DNA of 64,000 nucleotides, from IMG/VR virus record IMGVR_UViG_3300031787_008284; one strand, written 5' to 3'. The stretch comes from an uncultured virus (IMG/VR IMGVR_UViG_3300031787_008284) (lineage: Duplodnaviria; Heunggongvirae; Uroviricota; Caudoviricetes). Below are positions 47,755-58,772 of the stretch, piece after piece. Both the position numbers and the translations under genes were made by a program. The notes beneath the pieces were generated by a model. The model did no database searches and was not told where the DNA came from. It saw only the letters and a program-made list of their open reading frames with translations. Position 1 is the first letter of the stretch. The number at the start of each line of letters is the position of its first letter.

Positions 47755-49485
47755 TTATCGTCCTAAGTTGAATTTTACTCTATTAACTAGGTCATTAGCA
47801 AAAGATTCATTTACTAAAGGCTCCTTAGGTGCAGCGGCCTCAGCAGCTGTTTTACTTTCATTAATTTGTTCTAATTCCATTTGAGATGGTCTTAGATCTC
47901 TGGTTCCCCAGAAGTTATTAATGGCGTAAGGAGTAGTTAAGGTATAGAACTTAGATTCTGCAATAATTTGATTCTTACGAGATTCTGATAAAGCTTCCCA
48001 TTTAGCAGAGAATTTCTCAGGCATATCAGCAATAAAATTCAATTCTCTCTTCTTTTCAATAAATGAAGATTCCCATATATTTTCAGCCTGAACAGTTGAC
48101 ATAATTGGTTTAGCATTCATTGATTCAACAATCATTTTCTGCTTTTCTTCAGAAAGTGAATTAAATTCATTTTTCTTAGATTCAGAAAGGAAGTTCATAA
48201 AATGCATTTCAGTAACAACCTTAGTTTTGGCTTCAGCCTTTGCAATTAATTTATTTAAGGCTTCTTCTATTGAATCTTTATATTCTTTCTTATCGGATTC
48301 TTTTTCTTCATTCTTAGATCCACAAGATCCTTCATGAACTTCACCGCATTTTTCACAAGTAGCTTCTTCAGATACTTCGGATTCATTAATAGCAGAACCT
48401 TCAACCGTGTTTACATTTTCTGCAATGTATTCAGCATATTTAATACTCTTTCTTAAACCTTCAGCAAGGTGTTCAGAGTATGCAATGTTTTGATCAACCT
48501 TTTCAGCAACATATTCGGAATACTCAATTCCTTTTTCAAGGTTCTCTCCTAAATAGTTTGCATATTGAATTCCCTTATCAGCTTTTTCAGCAACATGTTC
48601 AGCATATTGAATTGAGTTATCCAATTCTTCAGCAAGGTATGTCGTATAATTCTTAATCTTATCTACATTTTCAGCTAGATAGTCAGAATAAGAAATACTC
48701 TTATCAAGGTTTTCAGAAAGATACTCGGCATAATCGCTTAACTGATTTACCTTTTCTCCAATATGTTCACTGTACTTAATAAGTTTTTCAACGATTTCAG
48801 TATTGTCTGAATTTGCGGATTCTTTTACATTATTTAATACGCCTTGAACATATTCGGTGTATTTTTGAAAATCCTCAACGGTTACAAAATTTTGATTTTC
48901 CATTGTTGGTTCTTTTTTATCTTCTGTATTTTTAGTTTCTTCCATTTCATAAATGAATAAAGTAGGGTCGGCATCAAATCCGTAAGATTCGTTAACCCTT
49001 GATAATTCTGCATTTTCAAATCCAGGATCTGCAACTAGGTCATATGTAAAAAACTTCTTAATCTTTACTTTACCGTTTTCATCAACAGTTCCAGCGGCAC
49101 GACTTGAAATATGAAGAGGAATACCGTCCTTAATTAAAGCCTGTGCTTCTTTACCCTTTGTAGTATTTAATAAACGAACTCTTCCAACAACTTGTTTGTT
49201 TTCGGAATCGTACTTTAAAGATTCTATTACATGGGATACGTTAGAGAGACTAATATCAAAATCTTTTGGGTGGTCTAATTCACCTAAAAGTTTGTTTGTC
49301 TTTACCTTTTCTTGGAGTTCATTAATATGAGGTAAAACTTCCTTTTCCTCATAAATTCTGTTATTCTTATTACGAACACCGAACTCAGTAAAAACGCCTT
49401 CTAATACGACGGCGCCATCATCATCTGTCTTAAATGATAAATTAGACTGTGATCTCTCAAGAATTAATAGTTTTTTTCCTGACAT
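47755..49485 (-). CDS. Prohead protease (gp21-like) fused to a scaffold-like domain
   Basis: NKNNRIY, LGELDHP, ISSRAAG, YDLVADPGF; C-terminal Y.EYLAE repeats. Confidence 0.9.
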   Translation of the reverse strand: MSGKKLLILERSQSNLSFKTDDDGAVVLEGVFTEFGVRNKNNRIYEEKEVLPHINELQEKVKTNKLLGELDHPKDFDISLSNVSHVIESLKYDSENKQVVGRVRLLNTTKGKEAQALIKDGIPLHISSRAAGTVDENGKVKIKKFFTYDLVADPGFENAELSRVNESYGFDADPTLFIYEMEETKNTEDKKEPTMENQNFVTVEDFQKYTEYVQGVLNNVKESANSDNTEIVEKLIKYSEHIGEKVNQLSDYAEYLSENLDKSISYSDYLAENVDKIKNYTTYLAEELDNSIQYAEHVAEKADKGIQYANYLGENLEKGIEYSEYVAEKVDQNIAYSEHLAEGLRKSIKYAEYIAENVNTVEGSAINESEVSEEATCEKCGEVHEGSCGSKNEEKESDKKEYKDSIEEALNKLIAKAEAKTKVVTEMHFMNFLSESKKNEFNSLSEEKQKMIVESMNAKPIMSTVQAENIWESSFIEKKRELNFIADMPEKFSAKWEALSESRKNQIIAESKFYTLTTPYAINNFWGTRDLRPSQMELEQINESKTAAEAAAPKEPLVNESFANDLVNRVKFNLGR

Positions 49486-49530
49486 CTTCTACTTGTTATT
49501 TGATTTATATATTATCAACTTATAAAGTTT

Positions 49531-51180
49531 TTATCCTAAACCCGCCAATGGATCTTCTTCAATACCGCCTGCAGGCTTTTCTGGCTTAAAAAGTTTCTTA
49601 TCGGCGCCTAAAAGAATCTTTTCAATATCTTCCTCAGTGTAACCTTGGGCCTTTAGATCAGATCTATCCTTAGCACGTTGATTGGCTTTAAGGTCATCTT
49701 GTGTAAATCCTCCATACCTCTTAATTAACCATCCTAAGTCAAAATACGGTATTTCGGTCATATTTTCATCCATTATACTTAATTGGGTCTTCATATTACC
49801 AATAAAGTCTACTCTCTTGGTTTGAAGTTCCATTTCTTTCATTTCTTCAAATACGTTGTCCTTCATATACCTTAATGCCAATCCAGCCTTAAATGCAATA
49901 TCATTTTTAAGTTCTGGATGGTTAAGACACATTTGAAGATAAACAGGTTTGATTAAGATTTCCTGGAAAATTGATCTTAAGCGATCAATAAATTTAGAAA
50001 ACTTAATTTCATCTCTTAACATACCACTTGCATCCATATCGTAGGTATTACCACCTTCTTTATCGAAACGTGAGAATGGAATTTTTGAGGCAAGTTTAAG
50101 TTTATCAGCAAAGTATTTTAATGATTCGGTGTCTCCTAAATCAGGACCATCTCCTCCGATTGTACTAATCTCAGGTTGTTCGCCATCTTTAGAAGGTAAC
50201 CAGTATTCCTTATTAAAAGGCATCATTGGTTTTCCGTTTGTTTGAATTTCTCCACTTTCATAATTGAAGTCTACTACTTCACGATAAGAATTCATTAATT
50301 GGGCAAGGGATTGTTTTGCCCTCGTTTTAGATTTTCCACCGACCGGAATAATAAACTGTGTCTTAAACGAAGCATTAGAAACAGCCCAGATAATTCTGGT
50401 AGTTTCCATAATTCTTAAAAGGTTAAAAGAGCGGATAAGTCTCTCAACATAAGAGATTCTCTGTGGTGAATTAACTTGTGAATATGAAAGATAAAGAATT
50501 TGAGAATCCCAAAGCTTTCTTTCCTTAGATCCGCCACCTTTATACTGAACCCACATTTTCTTTCCAGTTTCAGTATCTAAACCTGGCATTAAAGAAATAG
50601 GATCTAGTTCTTTAAAGCCTATGATTTCGGTTTGCTTATCATTATAAACAATTTCAAATGCAAGATATCCATCAACCAACCATTTTCTAAAATAGTTCCA
50701 AGGTTGGATAGCATCATTAAACCCAAAATAATTGTAAATGTTATTATAGATATCTCCAATTTCTTCTTCAATAGAATTACTTATTTCTCCGTTAAATTCT
50801 GCATAAGCAAAATAGTTACTCTTATCAAATACTATTGCCTCATCGGTAACTACATCAAGGATATCTTCAATTTCATCTTGTACCGCAAAGGTTCTTAATT
50901 GATCTCTCTTCTTTTCATAATCTCTATCAAAGAATGAGATGTTCTTTTTAAGACTCGTATCGGTTAATGATAAGGCAGCAAATGCAGCATACATATCATC
51001 TGCATCGGATCCCATTGGATTCATTGTATAACCCATTGCATTTTCGGTAAAACCGATTGCTCTGGAATTACGAATGATCATATCATCATATGCCATCCCA
51101 AGGTTAGAAAGATCTTTTAGAATCTTTCTTACTGGATTGGAGTCTGTAAGAGGACCTCTTCTATTTGTAAATCCTGCCAT
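49531..51180 (-). CDS. Portal protein (gp20-like)
   Basis: FRKWLVDG, ISYVE, EYWLP, KIPFSRF, RDEIKFSKFIDRLR. Confidence 0.93.
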   Translation of the reverse strand: MAGFTNRRGPLTDSNPVRKILKDLSNLGMAYDDMIIRNSRAIGFTENAMGYTMNPMGSDADDMYAAFAALSLTDTSLKKNISFFDRDYEKKRDQLRTFAVQDEIEDILDVVTDEAIVFDKSNYFAYAEFNGEISNSIEEEIGDIYNNIYNYFGFNDAIQPWNYFRKWLVDGYLAFEIVYNDKQTEIIGFKELDPISLMPGLDTETGKKMWVQYKGGGSKERKLWDSQILYLSYSQVNSPQRISYVERLIRSFNLLRIMETTRIIWAVSNASFKTQFIIPVGGKSKTRAKQSLAQLMNSYREVVDFNYESGEIQTNGKPMMPFNKEYWLPSKDGEQPEISTIGGDGPDLGDTESLKYFADKLKLASKIPFSRFDKEGGNTYDMDASGMLRDEIKFSKFIDRLRSIFQEILIKPVYLQMCLNHPELKNDIAFKAGLALRYMKDNVFEEMKEMELQTKRVDFIGNMKTQLSIMDENMTEIPYFDLGWLIKRYGGFTQDDLKANQRAKDRSDLKAQGYTEEDIEKILLGADKKLFKPEKPAGGIEEDPLAGLG

Positions 51181-51198
51181 GTTTTATCATTTATTGTT

Positions 51199-51774
51199 TT
51201 ATATATTCTGGTAATATAAATCTTGCGCCTGTAAAATTGATCCACCAAAGAAAAAGTTATCATCATTAACAGCACCAAGGTACCAGTCTTCATAACCAAT
51301 TATCTTTGGATCTTTCATACGATCTAATCTATATTGCCTAATTGCATATGTTAAGTTATATTTTCTACCTAATGACTTTTTAACGGCTTCATATGTAAAG
51401 TCTTTATTAAATGTTTGTTTTGCAACTTCTCCAGCATTATTAAATTGTCTTTCAAAGAAACCACTAAACGATTTTATGATATCTTCCATAAAAGGTATTC
51501 TTGCATCATAAGGAATGTAATGTAAATTAATTCCTAATTGATTTGTCATTGATCCAGGAACAGCACCTAATCCTATAACAATAGGAAAGGTATCATAAAA
51601 AGTTTCATCTTCAGTAAAATACCTAAATGTATACATCCTACCTTGATCTAAAACGCCAGTTCCCTTAACACCCATTAATAATAAATCCTTAGAGGATGCT
51701 TTAGAGGCCTTAGACTGACCTTTATTCTCAGCAATGTATAAATCTAAATCATCTGTAAAACTACCTATTATCAT
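51199..51774 (-). CDS. DNA end protector-like protein (gp2-like)
   Basis: GRMYTFRY, FYDTFP, GINLHYIP. Confidence 0.75.
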   Translation of the reverse strand: MIIGSFTDDLDLYIAENKGQSKASKASSKDLLLMGVKGTGVLDQGRMYTFRYFTEDETFYDTFPIVIGLGAVPGSMTNQLGINLHYIPYDARIPFMEDIIKSFSGFFERQFNNAGEVAKQTFNKDFTYEAVKKSLGRKYNLTYAIRQYRLDRMKDPKIIGYEDWYLGAVNDDNFFFGGSILQAQDLYYQNI

Positions 51775-51775
51775 A

Positions 51776-52252
51776 CTAAAAAAGATTTGAGTCTTCGGTT
51801 AATAACATAACCTTAAAATTTCTTTGAGTTGCAGCTTTATTAAGAGCATCTGTTTTGCAAAGATTTCTAACATACGTTTCATAGGCATACTTAAAGTTAT
51901 CTATTGCTTTTTTGGTATTTCTTTTTGGTGGAGATGGTTTCTTTAATTGTTCTTTTGGCTTTATCTCTACCACATATTCTTCAACCAAACCCTCTTTATT
52001 CATTTTTACATAAAAGTCTGGATAATAGTTATGAAACTTATTATCCAAAACATTAAAGTATTTTATTGAAAAAGGTTCAGACACCCAGCTAATTACATTT
52101 TCATTATGATCACACCAATGACAGAATTTTCTTTCCCACGAGCTTCTGTATATGATAGGCCCTGGTCCTATATACTTATGAGGATTGTGTGGTTTATAAT
52201 AACCTTGTTTAAATCCTGATTTAGCCGTAGGTTTGACATTCTTTATACTCAT
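51776..52252 (-). CDS. Head completion nuclease (gp4-like, TnsA fold)
   Basis: YRSSWERKFCHWCD, WVSEP, YYPDF, VEIKP. Confidence 0.9.
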   Translation of the reverse strand: MSIKNVKPTAKSGFKQGYYKPHNPHKYIGPGPIIYRSSWERKFCHWCDHNENVISWVSEPFSIKYFNVLDNKFHNYYPDFYVKMNKEGLVEEYVVEIKPKEQLKKPSPPKRNTKKAIDNFKYAYETYVRNLCKTDALNKAATQRNFKVMLLTEDSNLF

Positions 52253-52262
52253 TGGTATTATT

Positions 52263-52628
52263 CTAAATGGTATAAATTCCTTCCCCGTCAGAACTACCGT
52301 CTATTGAAACGGTTCCTGCATATTTCTTTGGATGTAATTTATTCCAACCTTTTGCAAATCCTCTTTTTGCGATCTCTGTAAAATATGCAAATGCATTTTC
52401 ACTTTTATCTGGATTAAAGTTTCTCCAATAGCGGTAGAGATCCATATAAGCAAATGCTATACAATCTTCTCTATCAGCAGGATCGCGATATGTAAGCTTG
52501 GTTGAACATTTATCTGCTAATAACATTAAGAACTCTAAAGCCTTTGGTGTTAATTCATCGAGTTCTTTTGATTTACGTATTTCGTCTAAAAGATCTCTAT
52601 TATTTAAGTAATTCCTTTTTCTAGGCAT
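52263..52628 (-). CDS. Late-transcription sigma factor (gp55-like)
   Basis: NYLNNRDLL, NFNPDKSENAFAYFTEIAKRGF. Confidence 0.85.
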   Translation of the reverse strand: MPRKRNYLNNRDLLDEIRKSKELDELTPKALEFLMLLADKCSTKLTYRDPADREDCIAFAYMDLYRYWRNFNPDKSENAFAYFTEIAKRGFAKGWNKLHPKKYAGTVSIDGSSDGEGIYTI

Positions 52629-52655
52629 AACCTGAACTGTTTTTTTATTATATGC

Positions 52656-52688
52656 AAAAAAAGCCGACAGTTTACCTGTCAGCTTTTT
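52656..52688. terminator. Bidirectional intrinsic terminator
   Basis: AAAAGCCGACAG/CTGTCAGCTTTT imperfect inverted repeat. Confidence 0.75.
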
Positions 52689-52704
52689 ATATAAAGGTTA
52701 GCGA

Positions 52705-54534
52705 TTAAATTTCAACCTTAAGGCTTGCCTTCTTTACGATTTTAGATTTATCGGTTTCAGGGACGATGATATTAAGTAAATCAGTATCACCTAAAGAAGT
52801 ATATTCTTCTGCATTAACAAAAACAGTTTGACCTTTCTTTAATCCATTTACGTTATCTTGAACTTTTGCTTCAACATAACCGTCGTTTAGATATTGGTCT
52901 TTACTTTTTTTTTCAACTATAGAATAAGTTTCTTGAAGTTCTTTTTCAAACTTAATGATTTCGGTATTGATTAATTTTAATGCTTCCTGTAATTCTTCAG
53001 AATCTCCTAATGATTTGATTGCTTCAGATACCTTATTCTTCTTCTCTTCTAAGAAAGAAATTTTATCATTGATTTCATTTCTCTTTTTATCAGCAACTGC
53101 TTTTTGATTACCTTCAGCCACTAATCTTTCAGAAAGAATAGATGATGCATCATAATTAATGAATTCTTTAATCATCTTAACAGCTTCAGTTGCAGATGAA
53201 TAGAATTTCATTTCATTTACCTGCATTCCAAAGTTAACTTTATTAACCCATACACCTTCCTCAACAGCAATTACAGTTAAGAAAAGATTTAAGAATTCAG
53301 TAGAAGTAATTCCAGTGAAATTATCCATTTCATGTAAAAGATCTACATTCTCAAAGAATTTACATACAGTATCAGATTTCCACTGATCTCTATAACCAAA
53401 GAATCTTGTTGCAATAAGGGATTCCTTTAATTCTACGATACTTGCATTGGTAAGATCTACTCCACCTAAGCTTAATGTACCTTCAGTAAGGTTATATTCT
53501 AAAGTTTTTCCATTTTCAGAAAAAGTAACTAATGAATTACCGTCAAGTTTAAACATTTTAATACCTTCTAAAACATCAAAGAAACGAGAATCAGTTACTT
53601 CAGTTTCAGAAATCTTACCTTCGGTAAAGATATAGTTCTTACCATGTAAGTGGAATGTTAATCCTTCTTCAGACTCCAACACGGGTGAAAGAATTTTAGA
53701 AACCTTACCACCATGATTTGAATAGGCCTTTTGCTCAGAGGAAGCCATTTCGTTTAGAATGTTTTTACATTCAGCAGACCATGGGTTCTTTGCAGCAATA
53801 ATAGCAAATTTAGATTTAATGTCTTCAGAAGATTCTTTTAAAAGAATTTCAAATTGATTGGTTAGACTTTCGTATAGTTTACCTTTTTGTGAATTTGATC
53901 TATCGATTGCTTCAGCAATTCTAAATGACCATTTAGAAGAATCATATGCAGCCATGATATAGCTTCTTAATTCTCTAACTGGGTTTAACCATTCAGATGC
54001 AGCAAGATCTCTGTGAAGATTTTTTGCAATCTTAAATTTAAGAGCGGGGTTTACGTTGTTTTCAATATCTTCACTAATTATTGAAATATCTCCGCTAGAG
54101 AATCTCATTGGAAAATTACCTAAAGAATTTTCTAAAATGTTAAGTGCATTTTTTGCGGAATAAGATACTCGTGATTGATCTTCTCCCATCGTATTTAATG
54201 CATTAATGGCTTTCATAACGTTTTCATACAAGCCTGCAAGTGTAAATTTCATATTATTATGATTTTTTTGATTGTTTTCGGTTGTGAATGTTTGAGCAGC
54301 GGCTTTATATGCATTAATACCAGATAATGCTAATTGTTGTGGAGTACCCATTCCTACAAGAATAGCTAAAACTTGACTATCTGATTTACCACTTTTATAA
54401 AATGCGGTAATAAGATCAATCAATTGCTTTGGGGGATTATTTAGATACGGAGCATCAGTGTTTACACCATATTGAGGCTCAATAGTACCATTCGCATAGA
54501 CTTGAGTTTGTCCTTCATTAACTGCTTTACTCAT
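52705..54534 (-). CDS. Hypothetical protein, probably virion/head-associated
   Basis: Probable start MSKAVNE directly after a late-type promoter motif. Confidence 0.65.
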   Translation of the reverse strand: MSKAVNEGQTQVYANGTIEPQYGVNTDAPYLNNPPKQLIDLITAFYKSGKSDSQVLAILVGMGTPQQLALSGINAYKAAAQTFTTENNQKNHNNMKFTLAGLYENVMKAINALNTMGEDQSRVSYSAKNALNILENSLGNFPMRFSSGDISIISEDIENNVNPALKFKIAKNLHRDLAASEWLNPVRELRSYIMAAYDSSKWSFRIAEAIDRSNSQKGKLYESLTNQFEILLKESSEDIKSKFAIIAAKNPWSAECKNILNEMASSEQKAYSNHGGKVSKILSPVLESEEGLTFHLHGKNYIFTEGKISETEVTDSRFFDVLEGIKMFKLDGNSLVTFSENGKTLEYNLTEGTLSLGGVDLTNASIVELKESLIATRFFGYRDQWKSDTVCKFFENVDLLHEMDNFTGITSTEFLNLFLTVIAVEEGVWVNKVNFGMQVNEMKFYSSATEAVKMIKEFINYDASSILSERLVAEGNQKAVADKKRNEINDKISFLEEKKNKVSEAIKSLGDSEELQEALKLINTEIIKFEKELQETYSIVEKKSKDQYLNDGYVEAKVQDNVNGLKKGQTVFVNAEEYTSLGDTDLLNIIVPETDKSKIVKKASLKVEI

Positions 54535-54580
54535 ATTTGATGATTTTATTTGTTTTATATATTCTAAGATCCTAAAGTTA

Positions 54581-55561
54581 TTATCCTTCGTCATCTTCTG
54601 CATTTCTGTATTCTTTACTCTCTGGTGCCTCTAAATCATCATATTTTTTAGCATCAAAGTCAAAGTTGGCAGAAGTCGTTTCAGTTTCTATATAAGGTCC
54701 TCCACGATTAATATCAGAAGGATTAACATACTGCTTATTGGATAATACATTTTCTGGAGCAATCTTTGCAATGTTATCAATTGTGTATTCAAATTTCTGG
54801 AATACACCACCAAATGATATTCCAATATCTCCATTTGGTCCAGTTCTAAATAGACCAACACCTTCGGCATCAGGGTTACTCTGAATTGAATCTCTGGCTA
54901 TTAGATCAACCTCTGATAAGAGAACACCATTTTCAAAACATGGCATAAATGATTTAACTTCCAAATCAAAGGTTACATTAAATTCTTTCTTATCGTTAAG
55001 GGCAAATTCAAAGAGACGATCTTGGCTATAGTCTTCAGGAACTGACATACCAGCCTGAACTCTTGTCATACCTAAATCAACACTATAAAGAGTTGTCTTA
55101 TAGAGTTTTGATAAAATTGATTCGGTAACCTTTAACATTTCAAGATTATTGGAACAAACAACAGTTACTCCAAATGTCATAGTAAGAGGTAAAAAGTTTG
55201 TCTCTAGTGAAAATCTTTTTAAGACGCCGTTCCACTCTCTGACAAATTCACCTCTAATAAATTTATTTGTCTGGGCGCCTGAATCAATTGAAAGAGAATT
55301 TAATTGAAGTACACCTCTTGGTACAACTTCATAATCTCCTATAGCTTTACCTTCTGCAATAGCATCATATAAGAAGTTATCTGCCAGAAACCGATCATCA
55401 CCCGTAACAGAATAATAGAAAGGTACATTTACCTTTTGTACAGTATCCTCATCAATCTGATTATAATAGTAAACTTTATTTCTTAATTCAGCAAGAGTAG
55501 CTACAGTTACATATCGTAATATTGTGTTGTCTTTATTAAATTCCTGGTTATAAGCAGACAT
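54581..55561 (-). CDS. Tail completion/sheath stabiliser (gp15-like)
   Basis: ILRYVTVATLAEL...VNVPFYY, VPRGVL, PLTMTFGV. Confidence 0.6.
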   Translation of the reverse strand: MSAYNQEFNKDNTILRYVTVATLAELRNKVYYYNQIDEDTVQKVNVPFYYSVTGDDRFLADNFLYDAIAEGKAIGDYEVVPRGVLQLNSLSIDSGAQTNKFIRGEFVREWNGVLKRFSLETNFLPLTMTFGVTVVCSNNLEMLKVTESILSKLYKTTLYSVDLGMTRVQAGMSVPEDYSQDRLFEFALNDKKEFNVTFDLEVKSFMPCFENGVLLSEVDLIARDSIQSNPDAEGVGLFRTGPNGDIGISFGGVFQKFEYTIDNIAKIAPENVLSNKQYVNPSDINRGGPYIETETTSANFDFDAKKYDDLEAPESKEYRNAEDDEG

Positions 55562-55585
55562 TTAGTAGTGATTATTTACTATTAT

Positions 55586-57253
55586 TTATTTAATGCTTTC
55601 AATTGTAAACTCAGAAAAGCCGCCATCCTTTGTAATTTCCAACTTCTTATCAAAATATTCACTTGGCAGGACGGTATGATTAATAACAAATGTGTTTAAC
55701 CCAATCTCTTGTATCGTTTCATGAAGAATATTTACGATATGATAAACACCATCAGCATCAATTGAAGAAAAGATTTCATCCAGGAATAAGATGTTAAGAC
55801 TAGAGAATCTAACCTTAATCATTTTAATTAAAGCCATGATAATTACAAAATCAACTTTTTTCTTTTCTCCAGTACTTAAGGTTTTAGGACTAATCTCCTG
55901 ACCTAAATGATGGATAGTACAATTAAATTTATCGTCAAAACGGATCCCAAACGGTATACCCATTTCCTTTGCCATAACAAGGATATTATTGTTAAAGGAT
56001 GGTAGAATGGACCTAACTGCCAAGTTTTTAATTCCATCATCACCCATAAGAGTTTCAAGAATACTTAAGTAATAGTCTTCGCCTTCGCTCTTAAGTTTTA
56101 CCTGACCCTTTTCTTCTTTCTTTTCCTTAAATTCTTTTATAAGTTCTTTAAGATGCCCAGAAGATGAATCATCCTTTTCGGCTAATTCAATAATCTCATT
56201 CTTTAAGGTATTCATTTGGGATTCCAATTGACCAACCTTTACATGGATTTGTCTACCCTGTTCCCTGAGTGTGGTTAAAGAATCATCAATTTTTGCAACC
56301 TCATCTTGTATCTTTTGATACTTAGCATTTAATGTTTCTAAAAGATCCTGCTTTTCCTTTTTAATATGTTGATGAAATTCTGAATCAAGAGGAGAGTTAC
56401 ATGTTGGGCATGTATTATTTTCATAAAGCTCTAATCCTTTTTTAACCGCATTAATCTCAGATTTTAATTCAGTTTCTTTTGAAGATTTAGTTTTATATTT
56501 TTTATCGTTTTCATCAATTCTTACCTTGGTCTTATCATTGGCATCCTTTAGTTTCTTTCTCATTTCATTAAGAGAAACTAATTTCTTTTTAAGTTCAGCT
56601 ACTTTATTGGCATCTTTTTCTTTTGATGCTTCTTCGTATTGTTCTATTTTAAGTAAGACAGATTGGATAGATTCTTCAAGTGTTCTGATTTCATCATCAA
56701 AGGTTCTAATTTCATCTATGATTAACTTTCTCTTATTCTTTACCAATTCTCTCATCTGATTGATTACAGAGAAACCAAATATCCTATCAATGATCTGTTT
56801 CTTATCAAATGGAGACATTGTAATAAAAGACTTAAAATCATTTACAGATAAGATGATAACATTCTTAAATACATGATAAGGAATTTCATAAATCTCGGAT
56901 TCTAAAAACTCTTGTAAATTGGACTTACCTGCAACATCATATTCGGTTCCATTTATTGAAACATTAAATATTCCTGGAGATACTCCTCTTTCAATCTCAA
57001 TTTGATTTCCTTTACTTTCAATCCAGATTTTTCCCCAAAGATTTCCGTTAACACGATTAGGAAGGTCTTTAAGATTTGCCCCTTCAACTCTACCATAACA
57101 TAGATAGGTAATTACTTTGGCTAAGGTACTCTTTCCAGCACCGTTACCGCCTAATACTAGATAAAGATCGCTTTGTTCTTTATCAAATTCAATTACCTGC
57201 TTTCTATTACCGTAACTTGCAAAATTCTTAAACTCTACTTTATTAATCCTCAT
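55586..57253 (-). CDS. Recombination endonuclease ATPase subunit (gp46/SbcC-like)
   Basis: KNFASYGN, GGNGAGKST, CPTC zinc hook, LSTGEKK, LFLDE. Confidence 0.95.
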   Translation of the reverse strand: MRINKVEFKNFASYGNRKQVIEFDKEQSDLYLVLGGNGAGKSTLAKVITYLCYGRVEGANLKDLPNRVNGNLWGKIWIESKGNQIEIERGVSPGIFNVSINGTEYDVAGKSNLQEFLESEIYEIPYHVFKNVIILSVNDFKSFITMSPFDKKQIIDRIFGFSVINQMRELVKNKRKLIIDEIRTFDDEIRTLEESIQSVLLKIEQYEEASKEKDANKVAELKKKLVSLNEMRKKLKDANDKTKVRIDENDKKYKTKSSKETELKSEINAVKKGLELYENNTCPTCNSPLDSEFHQHIKKEKQDLLETLNAKYQKIQDEVAKIDDSLTTLREQGRQIHVKVGQLESQMNTLKNEIIELAEKDDSSSGHLKELIKEFKEKKEEKGQVKLKSEGEDYYLSILETLMGDDGIKNLAVRSILPSFNNNILVMAKEMGIPFGIRFDDKFNCTIHHLGQEISPKTLSTGEKKKVDFVIIMALIKMIKVRFSSLNILFLDEIFSSIDADGVYHIVNILHETIQEIGLNTFVINHTVLPSEYFDKKLEITKDGGFSEFTIESIK

Positions 57254-58331
57254 AAGAAGGTGCTAATGTTTGTTTATACAATTCAGATACTGACTTAATA
57301 AGTCTTTCTTTTAGGTCATCATCATAACCTAAACCATTTATAAAGTCAGCAGCAATTGTCATTAAATTAAATTCTCCATTAAAGTCAGAAGACTGTACAT
57401 CGTCATCTAATTCGATTGGATTTTCTTCATCGTATATCTTAGGTTCTAGATTCTTGGCATATCCATCCATAAAATCCATAAACTTATTAATATTATACTT
57501 ACCTAGAACGTTGGATGGAATATTAATATCAACAAAATTATCTTTAATTTCATTAAGTATATCCTCCATACGCCTCTCTAGAATATCATTTATATAATAC
57601 CGAATAAAGATAGGTGATCTCTCATTCTGGATAAATTCATGATTACCAGTCTTAAGATCTAGTAGATATATTCCTTTAATATTTCCACGGTCGGATCTTG
57701 TCATTTGATATGGATTACCTACCAAAATAAAGTTTTCTTTTTCTTGACGATAATGAATATGACCAGAATAAACCCTCTTAAATCTTTTAAATGTACTTAG
57801 ATCATTTCCACCTTCGTGGAGATGTTTTGTGCTAGGGCTAGTTTGTACCCCTTGGGTTTCCGTATGACAAAACATATAATCAATCTTCTTCTTAATTGAA
57901 GATAGAGTTTCTTTTTCATGTTCAGCATTTCTACGCCAAGGCATTAGAAGACAAGTAGCACCGTCATATTCCAAAATCTTAGGTTCTTTATGTACAGTAA
58001 CATTAGGAATATACTTAAGGCAATCAACAGAAGATATATCATTTGAATTCTTTCTCATGATATCATGATTACCAACTATGATATGTATTTCTGGGAATAT
58101 TTTTGAGAGTTCTTCAAAAACTCGTATGCCTAAATCTTGAGCAGCTAGGTTTAAACTTTGGCGGTTATCAAATACATCACCTAAGTGAAAAAGAACATCG
58201 CCCTGTTTATACTCTTTCTTTACAAGAGGAATAAAAAAGTTAAAGAAATAATCTTCAATGATACCAAGCCACAGAACAGAATTAGATCTGCAGCCAAGGT
58301 GTGTATCACTTATCATCCAAACTCTACTCAT
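57243..58331 (-). CDS. Recombination endonuclease nuclease subunit (gp47/SbcD-like)
   Basis: SDTHLG, HLGDVFDNR, GNHD, SGHIH. Confidence 0.95.
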   Translation of the reverse strand: MSRVWMISDTHLGCRSNSVLWLGIIEDYFFNFFIPLVKKEYKQGDVLFHLGDVFDNRQSLNLAAQDLGIRVFEELSKIFPEIHIIVGNHDIMRKNSNDISSVDCLKYIPNVTVHKEPKILEYDGATCLLMPWRRNAEHEKETLSSIKKKIDYMFCHTETQGVQTSPSTKHLHEGGNDLSTFKRFKRVYSGHIHYRQEKENFILVGNPYQMTRSDRGNIKGIYLLDLKTGNHEFIQNERSPIFIRYYINDILERRMEDILNEIKDNFVDINIPSNVLGKYNINKFMDFMDGYAKNLEPKIYDEENPIELDDDVQSSDFNGEFNLMTIAADFINGLGYDDDLKERLIKSVSELYKQTLAPSYED

Positions 58332-58332
58332 A

Positions 58333-58767
58333 TTAAAATAATTTTCTTATCTTTCGTTTTTCTAAAATATTATACTTATCATCAAGTTCCTTAATTAATT
58401 CATCCTTGAATTTATTTGATAATGAGTTATAGAACTTATTAGGAAAAACATCAAAGTAATCTGATATAACACTAAATAGATCAACTCTGGTATATGAAGT
58501 ACCTAAATGTTCAATGATATGAAAATAGATCTTATTAATCTGAACCTTATTAAGTTTCTTAATTACGCCATCTTTAGTTACCATATTAAGATGTTCGAAT
58601 TCACTACCACGAATTAAGGAATCCACTTTTGAAAATAGCATATTATAATGCATCTTATCATCAGGGTCCATGTTATCACCATAGGTATTAGAAACATTAA
58701 ATGTTATCTTATTTTCAGACGGATCCTGTTCGCCGTATGAATTATTGAAAATCTTGTCGTGTTGCAT
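58333..58767 (-). CDS. Hypothetical protein, possibly a gp33-like late transcription coactivator
   Basis: Helical C-terminal region ending KIRKLF; weak similarity only. Confidence 0.45.
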   Translation of the reverse strand: MQHDKIFNNSYGEQDPSENKITFNVSNTYGDNMDPDDKMHYNMLFSKVDSLIRGSEFEHLNMVTKDGVIKKLNKVQINKIYFHIIEHLGTSYTRVDLFSVISDYFDVFPNKFYNSLSNKFKDELIKELDDKYNILEKRKIRKLF

Positions 58768-58772
58768 AAATG

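Noticed and set aside
51776..52252. TnsA transposase or mobile element
   Set aside because: Context next to gp2-like and portal genes identifies it as the gp4-like head completion nuclease; no transposon ends or partner genes.
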